Assembly (NCBI GenBank): GCA_050950825.1
Contig: JBMNIH010000003.1
Location: 160,001 to 224,000 of the forward strand
Length of the DNA: 64,000 nucleotides
From: Clostridia bacterium
GTDB lineage: Bacteria; Bacillota; Clostridia; JAAYHZ01
Direction: 5' to 3'
Part shown: positions 19,641-30,082 of the stretch, piece after piece
How the letters are laid out: each line of letters starts with the position of its first letter
How positions within the stretch are numbered: position 1 is the stretch's first letter
Translations under genes and position numbers: made by a program
Notes under the pieces: generated by a model
The model's database searches: none
Seen by the model: the letters and a program-made list of their open reading frames with translations, nothing else
What the model was told of the DNA's origin: nothing

Positions 19641-20308
19641 TTGACCATGTACCCCATTCCCTTTTTTGTGACGATAAAATCCTCCAGGCCCGCTTCGGCA
19701 AGCTTTTTTCGAAGTCGAGTCACGTTCACCGTCAAGGTGTTGTCGTCGATAAATTCATCGCTTTCCCAAAGCGTCAGCATAATTTCATCCCTCGGGACGA
19801 CTTCTCCTATGTTTTCCATCAACAAGCGAAGGATTTTAAATTCGTTCTTGGTAAGCTCAATCCTGTTGTTATCAAAAGCCAGGGTGGCATCATTCAAATT
19901 CAAAACCGCCCCCCTATACTCCAAAACGTTTTGTTTTTCATGGAAGGCATAGGTTCTACGTATTAAAGCTCGGACTTTTGCAATAAGGACGTTCAAGTCG
20001 AAGGGCTTGACAATAAAATCGTCACCGCCCATGTTGACGGCCATCACAATATTCATGCCGTCTCCCGCGGAAGAAATAAAGATAACGGGAACCTTGGAAA
20101 ACTTACGAATTTCGCCGCACCAGTGATAGCCGTTAAAAAAGGGAAGAAAAACGTCCAAAAGCACCAAGTGAGGGTCGAATTTTATCACCTCTTCGACGAC
20201 GTTTCGAAAATCACTTACAATCTCCGCTTCAAAGTCCCATTTGCATAAGGTATCCTTGATGATTTTTGCGATGGTTAAATCGTCTTCCACAATCAAGATC
20301 CTGTACAT
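19637..20308 (-). CDS. BceR-type OmpR family response regulator
   Basis: IVEDD, LLDV, KPF, DDNTLTVNVTRLRKKL. Confidence 0.94.
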   Translation of the reverse strand: MYRILIVEDDLTIAKIIKDTLCKWDFEAEIVSDFRNVVEEVIKFDPHLVLLDVFLPFFNGYHWCGEIRKFSKVPVIFISSAGDGMNIVMAVNMGGDDFIVKPFDLNVLIAKVRALIRRTYAFHEKQNVLEYRGAVLNLNDATLAFDNNRIELTKNEFKILRLLMENIGEVVPRDEIMLTLWESDEFIDDNTLTVNVTRLRKKLAEAGLEDFIVTKKGMGYMVK

Positions 20309-20387
20309 GAAAAGCCCCTTTCGCCTTCTTTTATCCGTTTCTTTACTTATCCATTATATCACAGAAAGAAAAAAGTACGCTCCGACG

Positions 20388-20429
20388 AAAAACGCACCGA
20401 CGATATCATCCTATCGTCGGTGCGTTTTT
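20388..20429 (-). terminator. Intrinsic terminator
   Basis: 18-bp perfect stem AAAAACGCACCGACGATA/TATCGTCGGTGCGTTTTT. Confidence 0.85.
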
Positions 20430-20440
20430 CCCTTTATCCG

Positions 20441-21472
20441 TTAAATGTTCAATTTCATATCTCCGTCTTTAATCCAACCCCATTTTCGCATGGGCAGGGC
20501 GATGAGCAAGCTCAAGACCGCCGGCAGAATAAAGTGGAGAAGCAGAATCGAAAGATAAAGCTTCAAGCTCGGCACTTTCCCCGCCATGGCCGTGATGGTA
20601 CCGAATTGCCCTACCAGCCCGGAGGTTCCCATTCCGGCACCCATAGGGATGTTTTCCATTTTAAACACCATGGTTGCAAGGGGTCCCGTTATGGCGGAAG
20701 CCAAGGTAGGAGGTATCAATATCCGATAGTTTTTCACGATGTTGGGAATCTGCAGCATGGAGGTTCCGATTCCTTGGGCGATGGCACCGCCCCAACCGTT
20801 GTCCTTGAAGCTGATAACGGCAAATCCCACCATCTGGGCGCAGCATCCTGCCGTTGCCGCCCCCGCCGCAAGGCCTTCAAGACCTAACATGATGCAAAGT
20901 GCCGCGCTGCTGATGGGTGCCGTAAGGGCAAGTCCCACCAAGACGGAAACCAAAATACCCATCCAGAAGGGCTGCAGCGTGGTGGCATAGATGATCATCT
21001 GTCCCAAACCGGTCATAAACTTGGCGATTCCGGGGCCCACAAATTTTCCGATAAGTACCCCGGTTAGGATGGTTACGGCGGGAGTCACGATAAGGTCCAC
21101 TTTTGTTTCTTTGGATACCGCTTTCCCGAATTCCGCCCCGATCACCGCCGCCACAAAGGCTCCTACGGGACCGCCTCCCAAACTATCTCCCGCCGCACCG
21201 GTAATGGCCGATGCGAACAGCACGAAGGGAGGAGCTTTAAGACCGTACGCCACCGCTACGCCGATAGCGGGGCCCATCATACTCTTTGCGATAGGCCAAA
21301 CGGTCTCCGACAAAAAGGGAATATTTAGCCAAGTGCCCAAAGAGTTCAAAATGGTTCCCACCAAAAGAGAAGCAAACAAACCTAATGCCATGTGACTCAT
21401 GGCATCGATTAAATACCGTTGAACCGAAAACTCAATATTTTTTCGTTTCAAAAACGCTTTGAATTTCCCCAT
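20441..21472 (-). CDS. PTS EIIC-like membrane protein (PfoR/COG3641 type)
   Basis: MALGLFASLLVG, PISSAA, GIGTSMLQIPNI, GMGTSGLVG. Confidence 0.85.
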   Translation of the reverse strand: MGKFKAFLKRKNIEFSVQRYLIDAMSHMALGLFASLLVGTILNSLGTWLNIPFLSETVWPIAKSMMGPAIGVAVAYGLKAPPFVLFASAITGAAGDSLGGGPVGAFVAAVIGAEFGKAVSKETKVDLIVTPAVTILTGVLIGKFVGPGIAKFMTGLGQMIIYATTLQPFWMGILVSVLVGLALTAPISSAALCIMLGLEGLAAGAATAGCCAQMVGFAVISFKDNGWGGAIAQGIGTSMLQIPNIVKNYRILIPPTLASAITGPLATMVFKMENIPMGAGMGTSGLVGQFGTITAMAGKVPSLKLYLSILLLHFILPAVLSLLIALPMRKWGWIKDGDMKLNI

Positions 21473-21604
21473 CTTCCATCTTCCTCACAAAATGAATTAC
21501 GACCTCCGGATGATGAAACACAACCGGAGGTCCTCAACAGGTTTAAATTGCTATAGAGTATACCACAGAATTCCTTTTGTAAACCGGATTTTAATAATTT
21601 TTTT

Positions 21605-22555
21605 CTATACCGTATTCACCGGTTTTCCTTCCAAAAAAGCGATCAGGTTGTTCACGGCAATATCCATTAGCCGCGTTCTCGCTTCGATCGTAGCCCAAGC
21701 AATGTGAGGAGTGATGATACAGTTTTTAGCCGTCAAAAGGGGATTGTCCTTTTCGGGAGGCTCAACAGACAAAACATCCAAGCCCGCCCCTGCAATGATC
21801 CCGCCGTTTAAAGCGTCCGCCAAGTCTCGGTCGATTACCAGCCCTCCTCTTGACGTATTGATTAAAATAGCCGTTTTCTTCATTTTCCCAAGGCTTTCTT
21901 TATTGATCATTCCCTTTGTCTCTTCGGTTAAAGGGCAGTGGAGGCTGATAAAATCGGATATTCTCAAAAGCTCGTCCAAATCCGTCCATATCACATTTCC
22001 CTCACCCGTAAGCTTTTTGCTCCTGCTGTATACCGCCACCTTCATATCGAAAGTCTTTGCTACCTCGGCAACCTTTTGTCCAATTCTCCCGAACCCGATA
22101 ATGCCTAACGTCTTTCCTGAAAGCTCCGTCAAAGGCCGGTTCCAAAAACAAAAATCCTTGCTCTTTGACCACGCTCCCGAACGAACGGCGGTGCTGTGGT
22201 CTTGAACATGATGGCAAAACTCCAAGATGTGGGCAAATACCATTTGGGCGACGGATAGAGTGGAGTATGCGGGAACGTTGGTTACCGTTATGTTTCTTTT
22301 TTTTGCTTCCTCCACATCCACAACGTTGTATCCCGTCGCAAGGACACCGATGTATCGAAGCCGGGAAAGAGAAGACAAGGTTGTCTTGTCCAAAGGCGTT
22401 TTGTTGGTCAAAAGGACTTCGGCTCCGGATGCTCGTTCCAAAATGAGAGGCTCCGGCGTTCGGTCGTAAATTTCGACTTCACCTAAGCTTTTCAGCCGAT
22501 CCCAACTCAAATCTCCGGGGTTTAAGGCATACCCGTCCAAAACAACGATCTTCAC
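21605..22555 (-). CDS. D-2-hydroxyacid dehydrogenase (glycerate dehydrogenase-like)
   Basis: MKIVVLDGYALNPGDL, GIIGFGRIG, INTSRG, TPHIAWA. Confidence 0.92.
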   Translation of the reverse strand: MKIVVLDGYALNPGDLSWDRLKSLGEVEIYDRTPEPLILERASGAEVLLTNKTPLDKTTLSSLSRLRYIGVLATGYNVVDVEEAKKRNITVTNVPAYSTLSVAQMVFAHILEFCHHVQDHSTAVRSGAWSKSKDFCFWNRPLTELSGKTLGIIGFGRIGQKVAEVAKTFDMKVAVYSRSKKLTGEGNVIWTDLDELLRISDFISLHCPLTEETKGMINKESLGKMKKTAILINTSRGGLVIDRDLADALNGGIIAGAGLDVLSVEPPEKDNPLLTAKNCIITPHIAWATIEARTRLMDIAVNNLIAFLEGKPVNTV

Positions 22556-22600
22556 GATGCAAGGCCCTCCTTCCTGATTGATTTCTCCTCTTTTCTCGTA

Positions 22601-25600
22601 TTATATCCTATATACGGCATTCTCGCATACGACAAAAATGTTTTCCTTTTCTTTGATGACGTAACCCGCTTTGCCGGGTAAGCTGCCTTGGGCAAGGATC
22701 CTTCCTTCATCGGAAAGAACAAGGATTTTACCGCTTTCACAAAGCACCGTCAATCCGTCCTTTCTTTTGTAAAGGGCCTTCACCCCGTCACGGACATTCG
22801 CATTCCATTGCGATTTTCCGGCCCTGTCGAAAGCCATGACAAAGCCTTTCGAGGTGCCGGCGTAAACGGTGTTCAAATCCTCGTGCATCTCCACGGCTTG
22901 TACCTTTCCTCCTAAGCACTTTTCCAATTCAATCTTGATGCCTTTTTTTCCCGTGGACAGGACCATAAAGTTCTTCGAATACTTCATACCGCAAACCAAT
23001 ATATATTTATTGTCTTCCTTTACAAAGCGATAGGATTGGATGGTATTGAGCCAAAATCCCGGGCGTACGGCGTTTTTCTGAACACCGTCCATGGTATGGG
23101 TATAGAAAATGCCGTATGCGGAATCAATTTTTCCTGCAGCCAGTACTTCCGGTTCTCCGTCGAAGTCAAAATCCAAAAATTCCAAGAAGTCCGGTACCGT
23201 AGCGTAAATGTAGAAGGCGCGTAAAACTTCCCCGTTAAGATCGTGTACCCGCACTTGGTTATCGCCTGCCCCGGTGAGAATATAGGGACCGTCCTTTGTT
23301 TCCACGTAGCGAATGCTTACAATCTGAGGATAAGCCAGCTCCCAGCTGTAATACAACGTCGGAATTCTTACGATGGTTTTGTCCCAAAGAAGCTCCCCTT
23401 TGTCGTTGAATGCGGCAAGCTTGTCGTTGCCGTATCCTACGACCAGCATCCTGTGAGGCTTGATGTATTCCAACGCTCGGATTTTCCCGTCGAAGGTCCT
23501 TTCCCGGAGAATTTGTCCTTTATCCGCCCAAGCAAGAGTATCCTTTTCCAAAACGAAAATTCTCTCGTTTTCCTTCGAGATGGCAAAAAACTCGATTTTT
23601 CGATCCAAAACGCATTCCTTTTGAATCGACGGCATTTCATAATCTTTTGCTTGGTCCGATGCCGTATAAGCCGTTTCGGTATCCGTATAGAGGAAGGAAA
23701 GCCTTTCTTCTTTTCCTTTAAAGGATAAAACAAGATCACTTTCTTCCGGCCTCGGAACAATCGCTTCCTCATCCTTTTTTGCAGGCTGCACAATGTGGGT
23801 AAAGGACAGCCGGTCTCCTTTTTTCATGCAGGCGGAGGACACGGATGTGACGGAAGATACGATCGCCTCTTTTTCGCCGTACCGAGACTCCCACATGGTA
23901 AGGGCTTTGGTATAGGCGTTATGCAAAGGATCGTCCTCGTGCATGCCGCCGTACTCAAAGAGCCTTTTTCCGTAAGGGATCTCTTCAACGTTGACGGTAA
24001 CATCGCGGCTTCCGTAAGCCGAAAGCCTCATTTCGTATTCTTCTCCATTAAAATTCCTTCTTGCGGATTTGACCGTATTGCCTTCCAAGGATACCTTTGA
24101 GGGGGTACGGAAGTGAGCGTTTATGACATACTCGCCTTCCTCGTTGCAGATAACGGTGTCACGGAATACGGCACAAACGCCCTTGATTAAATGGACTTCC
24201 CTCACCCAATCGGTACCGTTGTAGTCTTTAAGCCGCATTCTTAAATAATAGCGATTCTCGTCCAAGGCCTTTTGCTCTTCCATCAAGGCGTAACCCGGAA
24301 CCTCGGAAGCAAAACCGTCCCTTGCTACGGTTACAATGGAGCAATTTTCCGGCTCCGGCCAGCGGTAGTCGTTTTCTTCCACCAGCCAAACGACACCTTT
24401 CGAGGTATAGTCCAATATACCCATGGTATCGCCGTAGGCATGAATGCCGCTGCTTCCCAAGCCGTCGATGAGCAAAAAGTCGTCCTTTACAGGATCTCGG
24501 CCGGTTCTTACGGAAACCTTGTCAAAGCAGTCCTCGTAAGGGCCGGCGGGCGGCGTTGTGGAAAGACGCTTGGCTTGCTCGGGTTCCTTTTCCCATACAT
24601 CATAGGTGTATTTGTCCAATAAAATGCAAGTAATACCGGGGCTTTCTTCCGGGGCACAGGGTACAATACCGGAATCGAATTTTCTTGACAGACTTGCATT
24701 CATTTCGGGGTTGAAAGCTTTAAACCGTTCATACAGCCACTTCATTTCCCCGTCCTTCATAAAGTGGGCGAATACGCAGGACAAAAAGGTCGGGAACGGA
24801 CTTTTTACGGAACCGTCTCCGTAGGAAGGAACCATGCCGTTTTGCCCGATGATGGCTTTGATCCATTTTGCCGCCTCTTTTGCGGAGGTTTTTAAGAAAC
24901 GGTGCTCATCCTCAAATATGGAATAGCATACGACCAAGCGCAAGGTGACTTGGTTGGAATAGGAGGAATCGTCGCATAAGGGCTTCCAGCCGTTGTGATT
25001 GAAGGTATAAAAGACTTGATCGGCAGCCTCCTTCCATTCCTTTGTGAATAAAATCTCCGGATACCGTTTGGAGAAATAATCGTGGGCGTAGGTTAAAGAT
25101 AAAGCGCAGAACATGGTGTGGTTGTGGGAAGGAAGCGCCTTGCTCTTGCCGCCGCTTACGGCATATTCCACCCCTTCGGCGCTTTTTGCCCAGTCGAAGA
25201 TGCATTTTTCAATGGGAAGCCTTTTATCGTCCGGAATCATACCGGAAAACTCCAAAAGACGCCATATTTCTACGTGAGCTGTCATGTACAAGTGGGTGGC
25301 TTTGATCAGGATCGGGTCCTTTTGGGACAGCATAATCATTTTTTCCCAACCTTCGAAATAAACGTCCAAAGGCGAAGGATCCCCGGTAAGATAAGCCAGC
25401 AAGCCTCTGTAATGCCATAAGGAGGTATGTACGGAGGGCACAAGATCAATCTTTTCCGGAACCCTCGACTGCCTTATCTCCTCCATATACGAAGGATCGT
25501 AGGGAAGCTTCTTGTACCGGACCAGGTTCATGTACGGCATGGGGTTTTGAACCTTTTCAAAAAAAGCTTCCAGTCCTAGGCTTAATCCCTTCTCGTCGGA

Positions 25601-25996
25601 ATATCCGATGTGAAAAACATTGCAGCCTTTGCCGAACGGGTCGATGAGGGTTCGAATGTTATAGCCTTCTTCTCCGGGATAGCTTAAATCGGTAAAAACC
25701 AAATGCTTGTAATACAGATATTCCGTGCACCTGCTGTTGGCCAAATTCCCTAAAACAATAGAAGGCAAGGCGTTATTTGTCAAAACATCCGAAGAAGGGT
25801 CGTTTAGAATTTTTGCCTTCACGCCGATTTTTTCAAACCGTTCTCGGATCCTGATTGCGGCGGAAAGCCCGGCTTCATCGCCCGGAGCGATAACAAGGAT
25901 ACCTTCATCCGGGGAAATAGTCGTTTCCCTCGCGGGCCTTTTCCCAAAAACCTTTACCGAGCCGTCTTTGGACTCGAAAAGAATAAAGTCTTTCAT
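22601..25996 (-). CDS. Large hypothetical protein; heparinase II/III-like lyase core plus C-terminal beta-propeller (inferred)
   Basis: 1131-aa ORF with RBS GGAGGT; SHNH, PSYGDG, GIHAYGDTMGI motifs; propeller-like repeats AFNDKGELLW, AFDRAGKSQW. Confidence 0.6.
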   Translation of the reverse strand: MKDFILFESKDGSVKVFGKRPARETTISPDEGILVIAPGDEAGLSAAIRIRERFEKIGVKAKILNDPSSDVLTNNALPSIVLGNLANSRCTEYLYYKHLVFTDLSYPGEEGYNIRTLIDPFGKGCNVFHIGYSDEKGLSLGLEAFFEKVQNPMPYMNLVRYKKLPYDPSYMEEIRQSRVPEKIDLVPSVHTSLWHYRGLLAYLTGDPSPLDVYFEGWEKMIMLSQKDPILIKATHLYMTAHVEIWRLLEFSGMIPDDKRLPIEKCIFDWAKSAEGVEYAVSGGKSKALPSHNHTMFCALSLTYAHDYFSKRYPEILFTKEWKEAADQVFYTFNHNGWKPLCDDSSYSNQVTLRLVVCYSIFEDEHRFLKTSAKEAAKWIKAIIGQNGMVPSYGDGSVKSPFPTFLSCVFAHFMKDGEMKWLYERFKAFNPEMNASLSRKFDSGIVPCAPEESPGITCILLDKYTYDVWEKEPEQAKRLSTTPPAGPYEDCFDKVSVRTGRDPVKDDFLLIDGLGSSGIHAYGDTMGILDYTSKGVVWLVEENDYRWPEPENCSIVTVARDGFASEVPGYALMEEQKALDENRYYLRMRLKDYNGTDWVREVHLIKGVCAVFRDTVICNEEGEYVINAHFRTPSKVSLEGNTVKSARRNFNGEEYEMRLSAYGSRDVTVNVEEIPYGKRLFEYGGMHEDDPLHNAYTKALTMWESRYGEKEAIVSSVTSVSSACMKKGDRLSFTHIVQPAKKDEEAIVPRPEESDLVLSFKGKEERLSFLYTDTETAYTASDQAKDYEMPSIQKECVLDRKIEFFAISKENERIFVLEKDTLAWADKGQILRERTFDGKIRALEYIKPHRMLVVGYGNDKLAAFNDKGELLWDKTIVRIPTLYYSWELAYPQIVSIRYVETKDGPYILTGAGDNQVRVHDLNGEVLRAFYIYATVPDFLEFLDFDFDGEPEVLAAGKIDSAYGIFYTHTMDGVQKNAVRPGFWLNTIQSYRFVKEDNKYILVCGMKYSKNFMVLSTGKKGIKIELEKCLGGKVQAVEMHEDLNTVYAGTSKGFVMAFDRAGKSQWNANVRDGVKALYKRKDGLTVLCESGKILVLSDEGRILAQGSLPGKAGYVIKEKENIFVVCENAVYRI

Positions 25997-26226
25997 AGGG
26001 TCACCTCCAAATTTGCAGCTTCGTTTTCTCTTCTATCAATCCGATCCCTCTAAAGCTTCAACAGGTAAAAGGCGGCCAAATCCGCCTTTTCGTAATCGCC
26101 GGATTTCTCATTTCCACTCTATCATAGGAAGAGGGGAAATAACAAACAAAAACGAAGATTTTCAAGAACCGTCCCCTGTACATACCTAGGCATATGGCAT
26201 AGAATAATATATAGAGGTGATGTCTT

Positions 26227-27600
26227 GTGTTGATTCGATTTAACGTAGGGAATTTTCTATCCTTTAAGGACCTCCAAGAATTCTCCATGATCAAAGGAAA
26301 ATCGGAGGATAAACCTCGGCGGCTTCTTCATACGGACAAGCTGGAGCTCTTAAAGTTCGCCGCCGTATTCGGAGCCAATGCATCCGGAAAATCCAATTTG
26401 ATTACCGCTTTTCGCTTCGCCCAAAAGGCCGTGGTGACCGGAGTGCCGAAAAAAGGCCAATCCTTGTATTTTCGACCGGACGAAAGCTATGCCGGAAAAC
26501 CCTCCTATTTCGAATTTGAAATCCTGTTAGGAAACACGGGCTATGCATACGGATTCGAAATTCTATTGGAAAAAAGCGAAATTCTGTCCGAGTGGCTCTT
26601 TCGCTTGGACCCCGAGGGCAGCGATAAGGCGCTTTTTATACGGGACGTAGTAAAAGGCGCTTTTTATACCGACCTTGTCATTGCCTCCGAAAATTTACGC
26701 AATAAATTCAACGTCTATTCCGACGATTGCAAGCAAAATTCCGAAATCCTGTTTTTAAGCGAAATGAACCGAGCCAAGGGAGAGTTGTATAAAGAGCCTT
26801 CCGAGCTCTCCGTATTCCGGGAAGTATACCGATGGTTTTCGGAAAGCTTGAGCATTAATTATCTTAACCGTCCCATATCCGACTTCTCCTATTTCAAAGA
26901 CGTGGAAAACAAAGAAGAAGTATGCCGCGTCATTCGAAGCTTAGGTACCGGAATCACCGGCTTTGAAGAAAAAGAGTCCTCCCTTTTGGAAATGCGGCAG
27001 CAGCTCCCGAAAGCCCTTTACAAAGAGCTGGAGGAAGAGCTGGACCAAAGGATCGCCGACAGAGCAAGAGGCAAAAAGGTTTCCTCATCCATGACGGTTC
27101 GAATCGACGACATGTATTACATCATCTCCTTGGAGGAGGAGCAAATCAAGGTATCCACCGTTGTCTTTCATCACGAAGGAGACGCTTTGTTCGAGTTCCA
27201 CGAAGAATCGGAGGGTACAAGAAGGATATTGGACCTTTTGGAAATCTTCTTTACAAAAGAAGACAAAGTCTATGTTATCGACGAAATCGACCGAAGCCTT
27301 CATCCGAGGTTGACGTACAAATTCATCCAAGAATTTTTAAACGCGGCTTTGAAAAGGAACATACAATTGATTATCACCACCCACGAGTCCAGGCTATTGG
27401 ACTTGGGCCTGCTGCGCCAAGACGAAATATGGATTGCCAACAAAAACACGGCGGGAGAAACGGAGCTTTATTCCTTGGACGAATACAACCTGCGGTTTGA
27501 CAAAAAGGTGGACAAGGCCTATTTGGAAGGCCGATACGGAGGAATACCGAATTTTTCAACCGTCTTTCCCGCAAAGGAGGACAATCATGAGGATTCCTAA
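26227..27600 (+). CDS. AAA family ATPase (AAA_21, RloA/AbiLi-like)
   Basis: NFLSFKD, Walker A GANASGKSN, ESEGTRR, IDEIDRSLHP, ITTH, YLEGRYGGIP. Confidence 0.88.
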   Translation: MLIRFNVGNFLSFKDLQEFSMIKGKSEDKPRRLLHTDKLELLKFAAVFGANASGKSNLITAFRFAQKAVVTGVPKKGQSLYFRPDESYAGKPSYFEFEILLGNTGYAYGFEILLEKSEILSEWLFRLDPEGSDKALFIRDVVKGAFYTDLVIASENLRNKFNVYSDDCKQNSEILFLSEMNRAKGELYKEPSELSVFREVYRWFSESLSINYLNRPISDFSYFKDVENKEEVCRVIRSLGTGITGFEEKESSLLEMRQQLPKALYKELEEELDQRIADRARGKKVSSSMTVRIDDMYYIISLEEEQIKVSTVVFHHEGDALFEFHEESEGTRRILDLLEIFFTKEDKVYVIDEIDRSLHPRLTYKFIQEFLNAALKRNIQLIITTHESRLLDLGLLRQDEIWIANKNTAGETELYSLDEYNLRFDKKVDKAYLEGRYGGIPNFSTVFPAKEDNHEDS

Positions 27601-28525
27601 GAAATTCGGCGAAAGAACTCCTTACTTTAAAAAGCCGCAAAAGGAAAAAAGAAAATACATTCTCGCCTACGAAGGGCAGGCTACGGAAGTGCAGTATTTT
27701 CAAGGACTCATTGATAACAGAGCTTCTATCGGCATCGATCCGATCATTGATCTTTTGCCGGTTTTAAGAAGCATTCCTCAAGAATCCCATAGCCATCCGA
27801 AAAAAATACTAAAGCTTTTGGAGGAGCATATCGAAAACTACGATACCGTAAAGGTTCTCATCGACAAAATGATCGATTATTTTATCGAAAACCAATTGAC
27901 GGACCAAGCGGACATGCCTTCCATGAAATCCTTGGCGTACGAAATGGAATGTTTTTTAAAAGAAAATTTTAATCTGTCATTGGAGGATAAAATCGAAGAT
28001 GTTCATACGGTTATATCGGAGCTGACGGGCTTTTTGTTAAAAAAGCCGGCATTGACCGCATTAATCGAAAAAATCGCGGACTATATCGAAGAGCAGCAAA
28101 TCCTATATTCGGAGGATCAAGATTACATATGCCTTATTATCGACAGGGACAAAGGGAGCATGAAGCCGGATCAATATATGCAGGTTATCGAAAAATGCAA
28201 AGAAAAGAAAATCCGTTTGTTTGTCACGAATCCGTCCTTTGAGTTTTGGCTTTTGCTCCATTCGGATAAGGTTTTCGATTACGACCCCGACGAGCTTTTG
28301 GAAAACAAAAAAATCGGCAGAAAGCGTTTCTTGGAAAAGGCGGTATCCGAGGTTTTCAACGGATACAAAAAAGGGAACATACAACCGGAACGGTTTTTGC
28401 CTTACATTCGTAAAGCCATTGCCAACGAGAAAAATTTCTGCCAAGACCTTTACGGTTTAAAGGACCGGCTAGGGTCCAACATCGGAACGCTTTTGGAGGA
28501 ATTCATCGATCCGAAAGACGCATAA
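27587..28525 (+). CDS. RloB-like TOPRIM-fold protein
   Basis: AYEGQATEVQYF, IIDRD, TNPSFEFWLLLH; ATG at 27587 after AAGGAGG, overlapping the ATPase end. Confidence 0.82.
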   Translation: MRIPKKFGERTPYFKKPQKEKRKYILAYEGQATEVQYFQGLIDNRASIGIDPIIDLLPVLRSIPQESHSHPKKILKLLEEHIENYDTVKVLIDKMIDYFIENQLTDQADMPSMKSLAYEMECFLKENFNLSLEDKIEDVHTVISELTGFLLKKPALTALIEKIADYIEEQQILYSEDQDYICLIIDRDKGSMKPDQYMQVIEKCKEKKIRLFVTNPSFEFWLLLHSDKVFDYDPDELLENKKIGRKRFLEKAVSEVFNGYKKGNIQPERFLPYIRKAIANEKNFCQDLYGLKDRLGSNIGTLLEEFIDPKDA

Positions 28526-28545
28526 AAAAGTCGAACGGCAAAAAC

Positions 28546-28582
28546 AAGGCGGCTTCTTTCATACTTACATAGAAGCCGCCTT
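28546..28582. terminator. Hairpin between convergent genes
   Basis: AAGGCGGCTTCT-N13-AGAAGCCGCCTT. Confidence 0.7.
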
Positions 28583-28601
28583 ACGATGTGTCACCGAAAT
28601 G

Positions 28602-29252
28602 TTAGCCTTTCCACAAACCTAACGCTTTCATCCATTCTATGGCGATAAAAGCATGGCCTTTTTGGGTGGGATGGACACCGTCTTCGGACCAAACCCGAGG
28701 ATTCGATTTTGCCGCCGCGGAAGCAAGCAGCCCGTCCAAAGGAATCAAGACGGCCTTGTATTCCATAGCCAGGTTTCTCACCGCTTGGATTTTCGGATCC
28801 AAATCCGTCCGCCATTGCTTACGGTCTTCGGGATAGGGTAAAACAAAGGGTTCCATGAGAATGAGGCGAGCATTCGTTTCGGTCTTTGTTCTTTCTAACA
28901 AAGAGCGATAATTGCTTTCAAATTCTTCTACGGTCATGGGATCGTTGGAATCGTATCTTCTCCAGGTATCGTTGATGCCGATGAGAATGGACACCCAATC
29001 CGGATTCAAATCGATACAATCCTCCTTCCACCGCTTCATTAAGTCTCGCGTACGGTTTCCGCTGATGCCCCGGTTGATGAAGGTAATATCCTTCTCGGGA
29101 TACATGGCCTTCACAAAGGAAGCGATAAACATGGGGTATCCTGCACCCAAGTCCTTCGAATTCGCCGAACGGCTGCGCCCGCAGTCCGTAACGCTGTCTC
29201 CGATAAACAAAACCTTTTCGCCGTCTTTAATCCATGGTATCGTCATATACAT
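28602..29252 (-). CDS. SGNH/GDSL hydrolase
   Basis: FIGDSVT, NRGISG, IGIND, DGVHP. Confidence 0.92.
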   Translation of the reverse strand: MYMTIPWIKDGEKVLFIGDSVTDCGRSRSANSKDLGAGYPMFIASFVKAMYPEKDITFINRGISGNRTRDLMKRWKEDCIDLNPDWVSILIGINDTWRRYDSNDPMTVEEFESNYRSLLERTKTETNARLILMEPFVLPYPEDRKQWRTDLDPKIQAVRNLAMEYKAVLIPLDGLLASAAAKSNPRVWSEDGVHPTQKGHAFIAIEWMKALGLWKG

Positions 29253-29306
29253 ACTCCTTTCAAAGTATCCTTACGGAAATGAATGAAAAATCATATTGTA
29301 ACGTCT

Positions 29307-29801
29307 TTACTTGATCCTCACGGGCTTTTTCGAAAGATCCACGTGGCAGTATCCCCCGGGATTTTTCTTTAAATACTTTTGGTGATACTCTTCCGCGGGA
29401 TAAAAATGCTCTAAGGGCTTCACCTCGGTAACAAGAGGCTTGTCGTAACGCTTCTGTTGAAGCTCCATCATGCTTAGAATCACGGGAAGATCCTTATCAT
29501 CGGCGTAGTAAACACCGGTTCGATATTGGGTACCGACGTCGGGACCCTGTCTGTTTAAAATCGTAGGGTCAATAATGGTAAAATAGTACTCCAAAAGCTC
29601 AAACAGACCGATTTTATCGGCATCGTATTTAACGTATACCGTTTCCACATGGCCGGTGTTTTTCAATTCCCTGTAGGTAGGATTCGTTGTTTTGCCGTTG
29701 GCATACCCCACCGTCGTTTCCAATACGCCCTCGATTTTCTCAAAATAGGCTTCAACGCCCCAAAAACAGCCGCCTGCAAGCCATATTTCTTTTACATTCA
29801 T
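29307..29801 (-). CDS. msrA: Peptide-methionine (S)-S-oxide reductase
   Basis: [28 protein letters not shown]. Confidence 0.95.
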   Translation of the reverse strand: MNVKEIWLAGGCFWGVEAYFEKIEGVLETTVGYANGKTTNPTYRELKNTGHVETVYVKYDADKIGLFELLEYYFTIIDPTILNRQGPDVGTQYRTGVYYADDKDLPVILSMMELQQKRYDKPLVTEVKPLEHFYPAEEYHQKYLKKNPGGYCHVDLSKKPVRIK

Positions 29802-30082
29802 AACAGCCTCCGTATAGCTTTCGCAATTGTCGATTTTCTTTAAAAATCACCGTTTGTAACCTGTACATTCTTCGGATATACTCGAATAGTACACAACAAA
29901 ATTATACCAAACGAGATTCGAAATGATAATATAATAAATATCGGATACCGTCATTCTTATACAATTGTTCATACTTTGAATAGCAAATTGTAAGGTTTAC
30001 CTTGTAACTCTTTGCCTTTTAATGTATAATGCATCCATAGTAGTAAGCATGGTACCAAATTACTTTTAGAAATACAAAAGGT

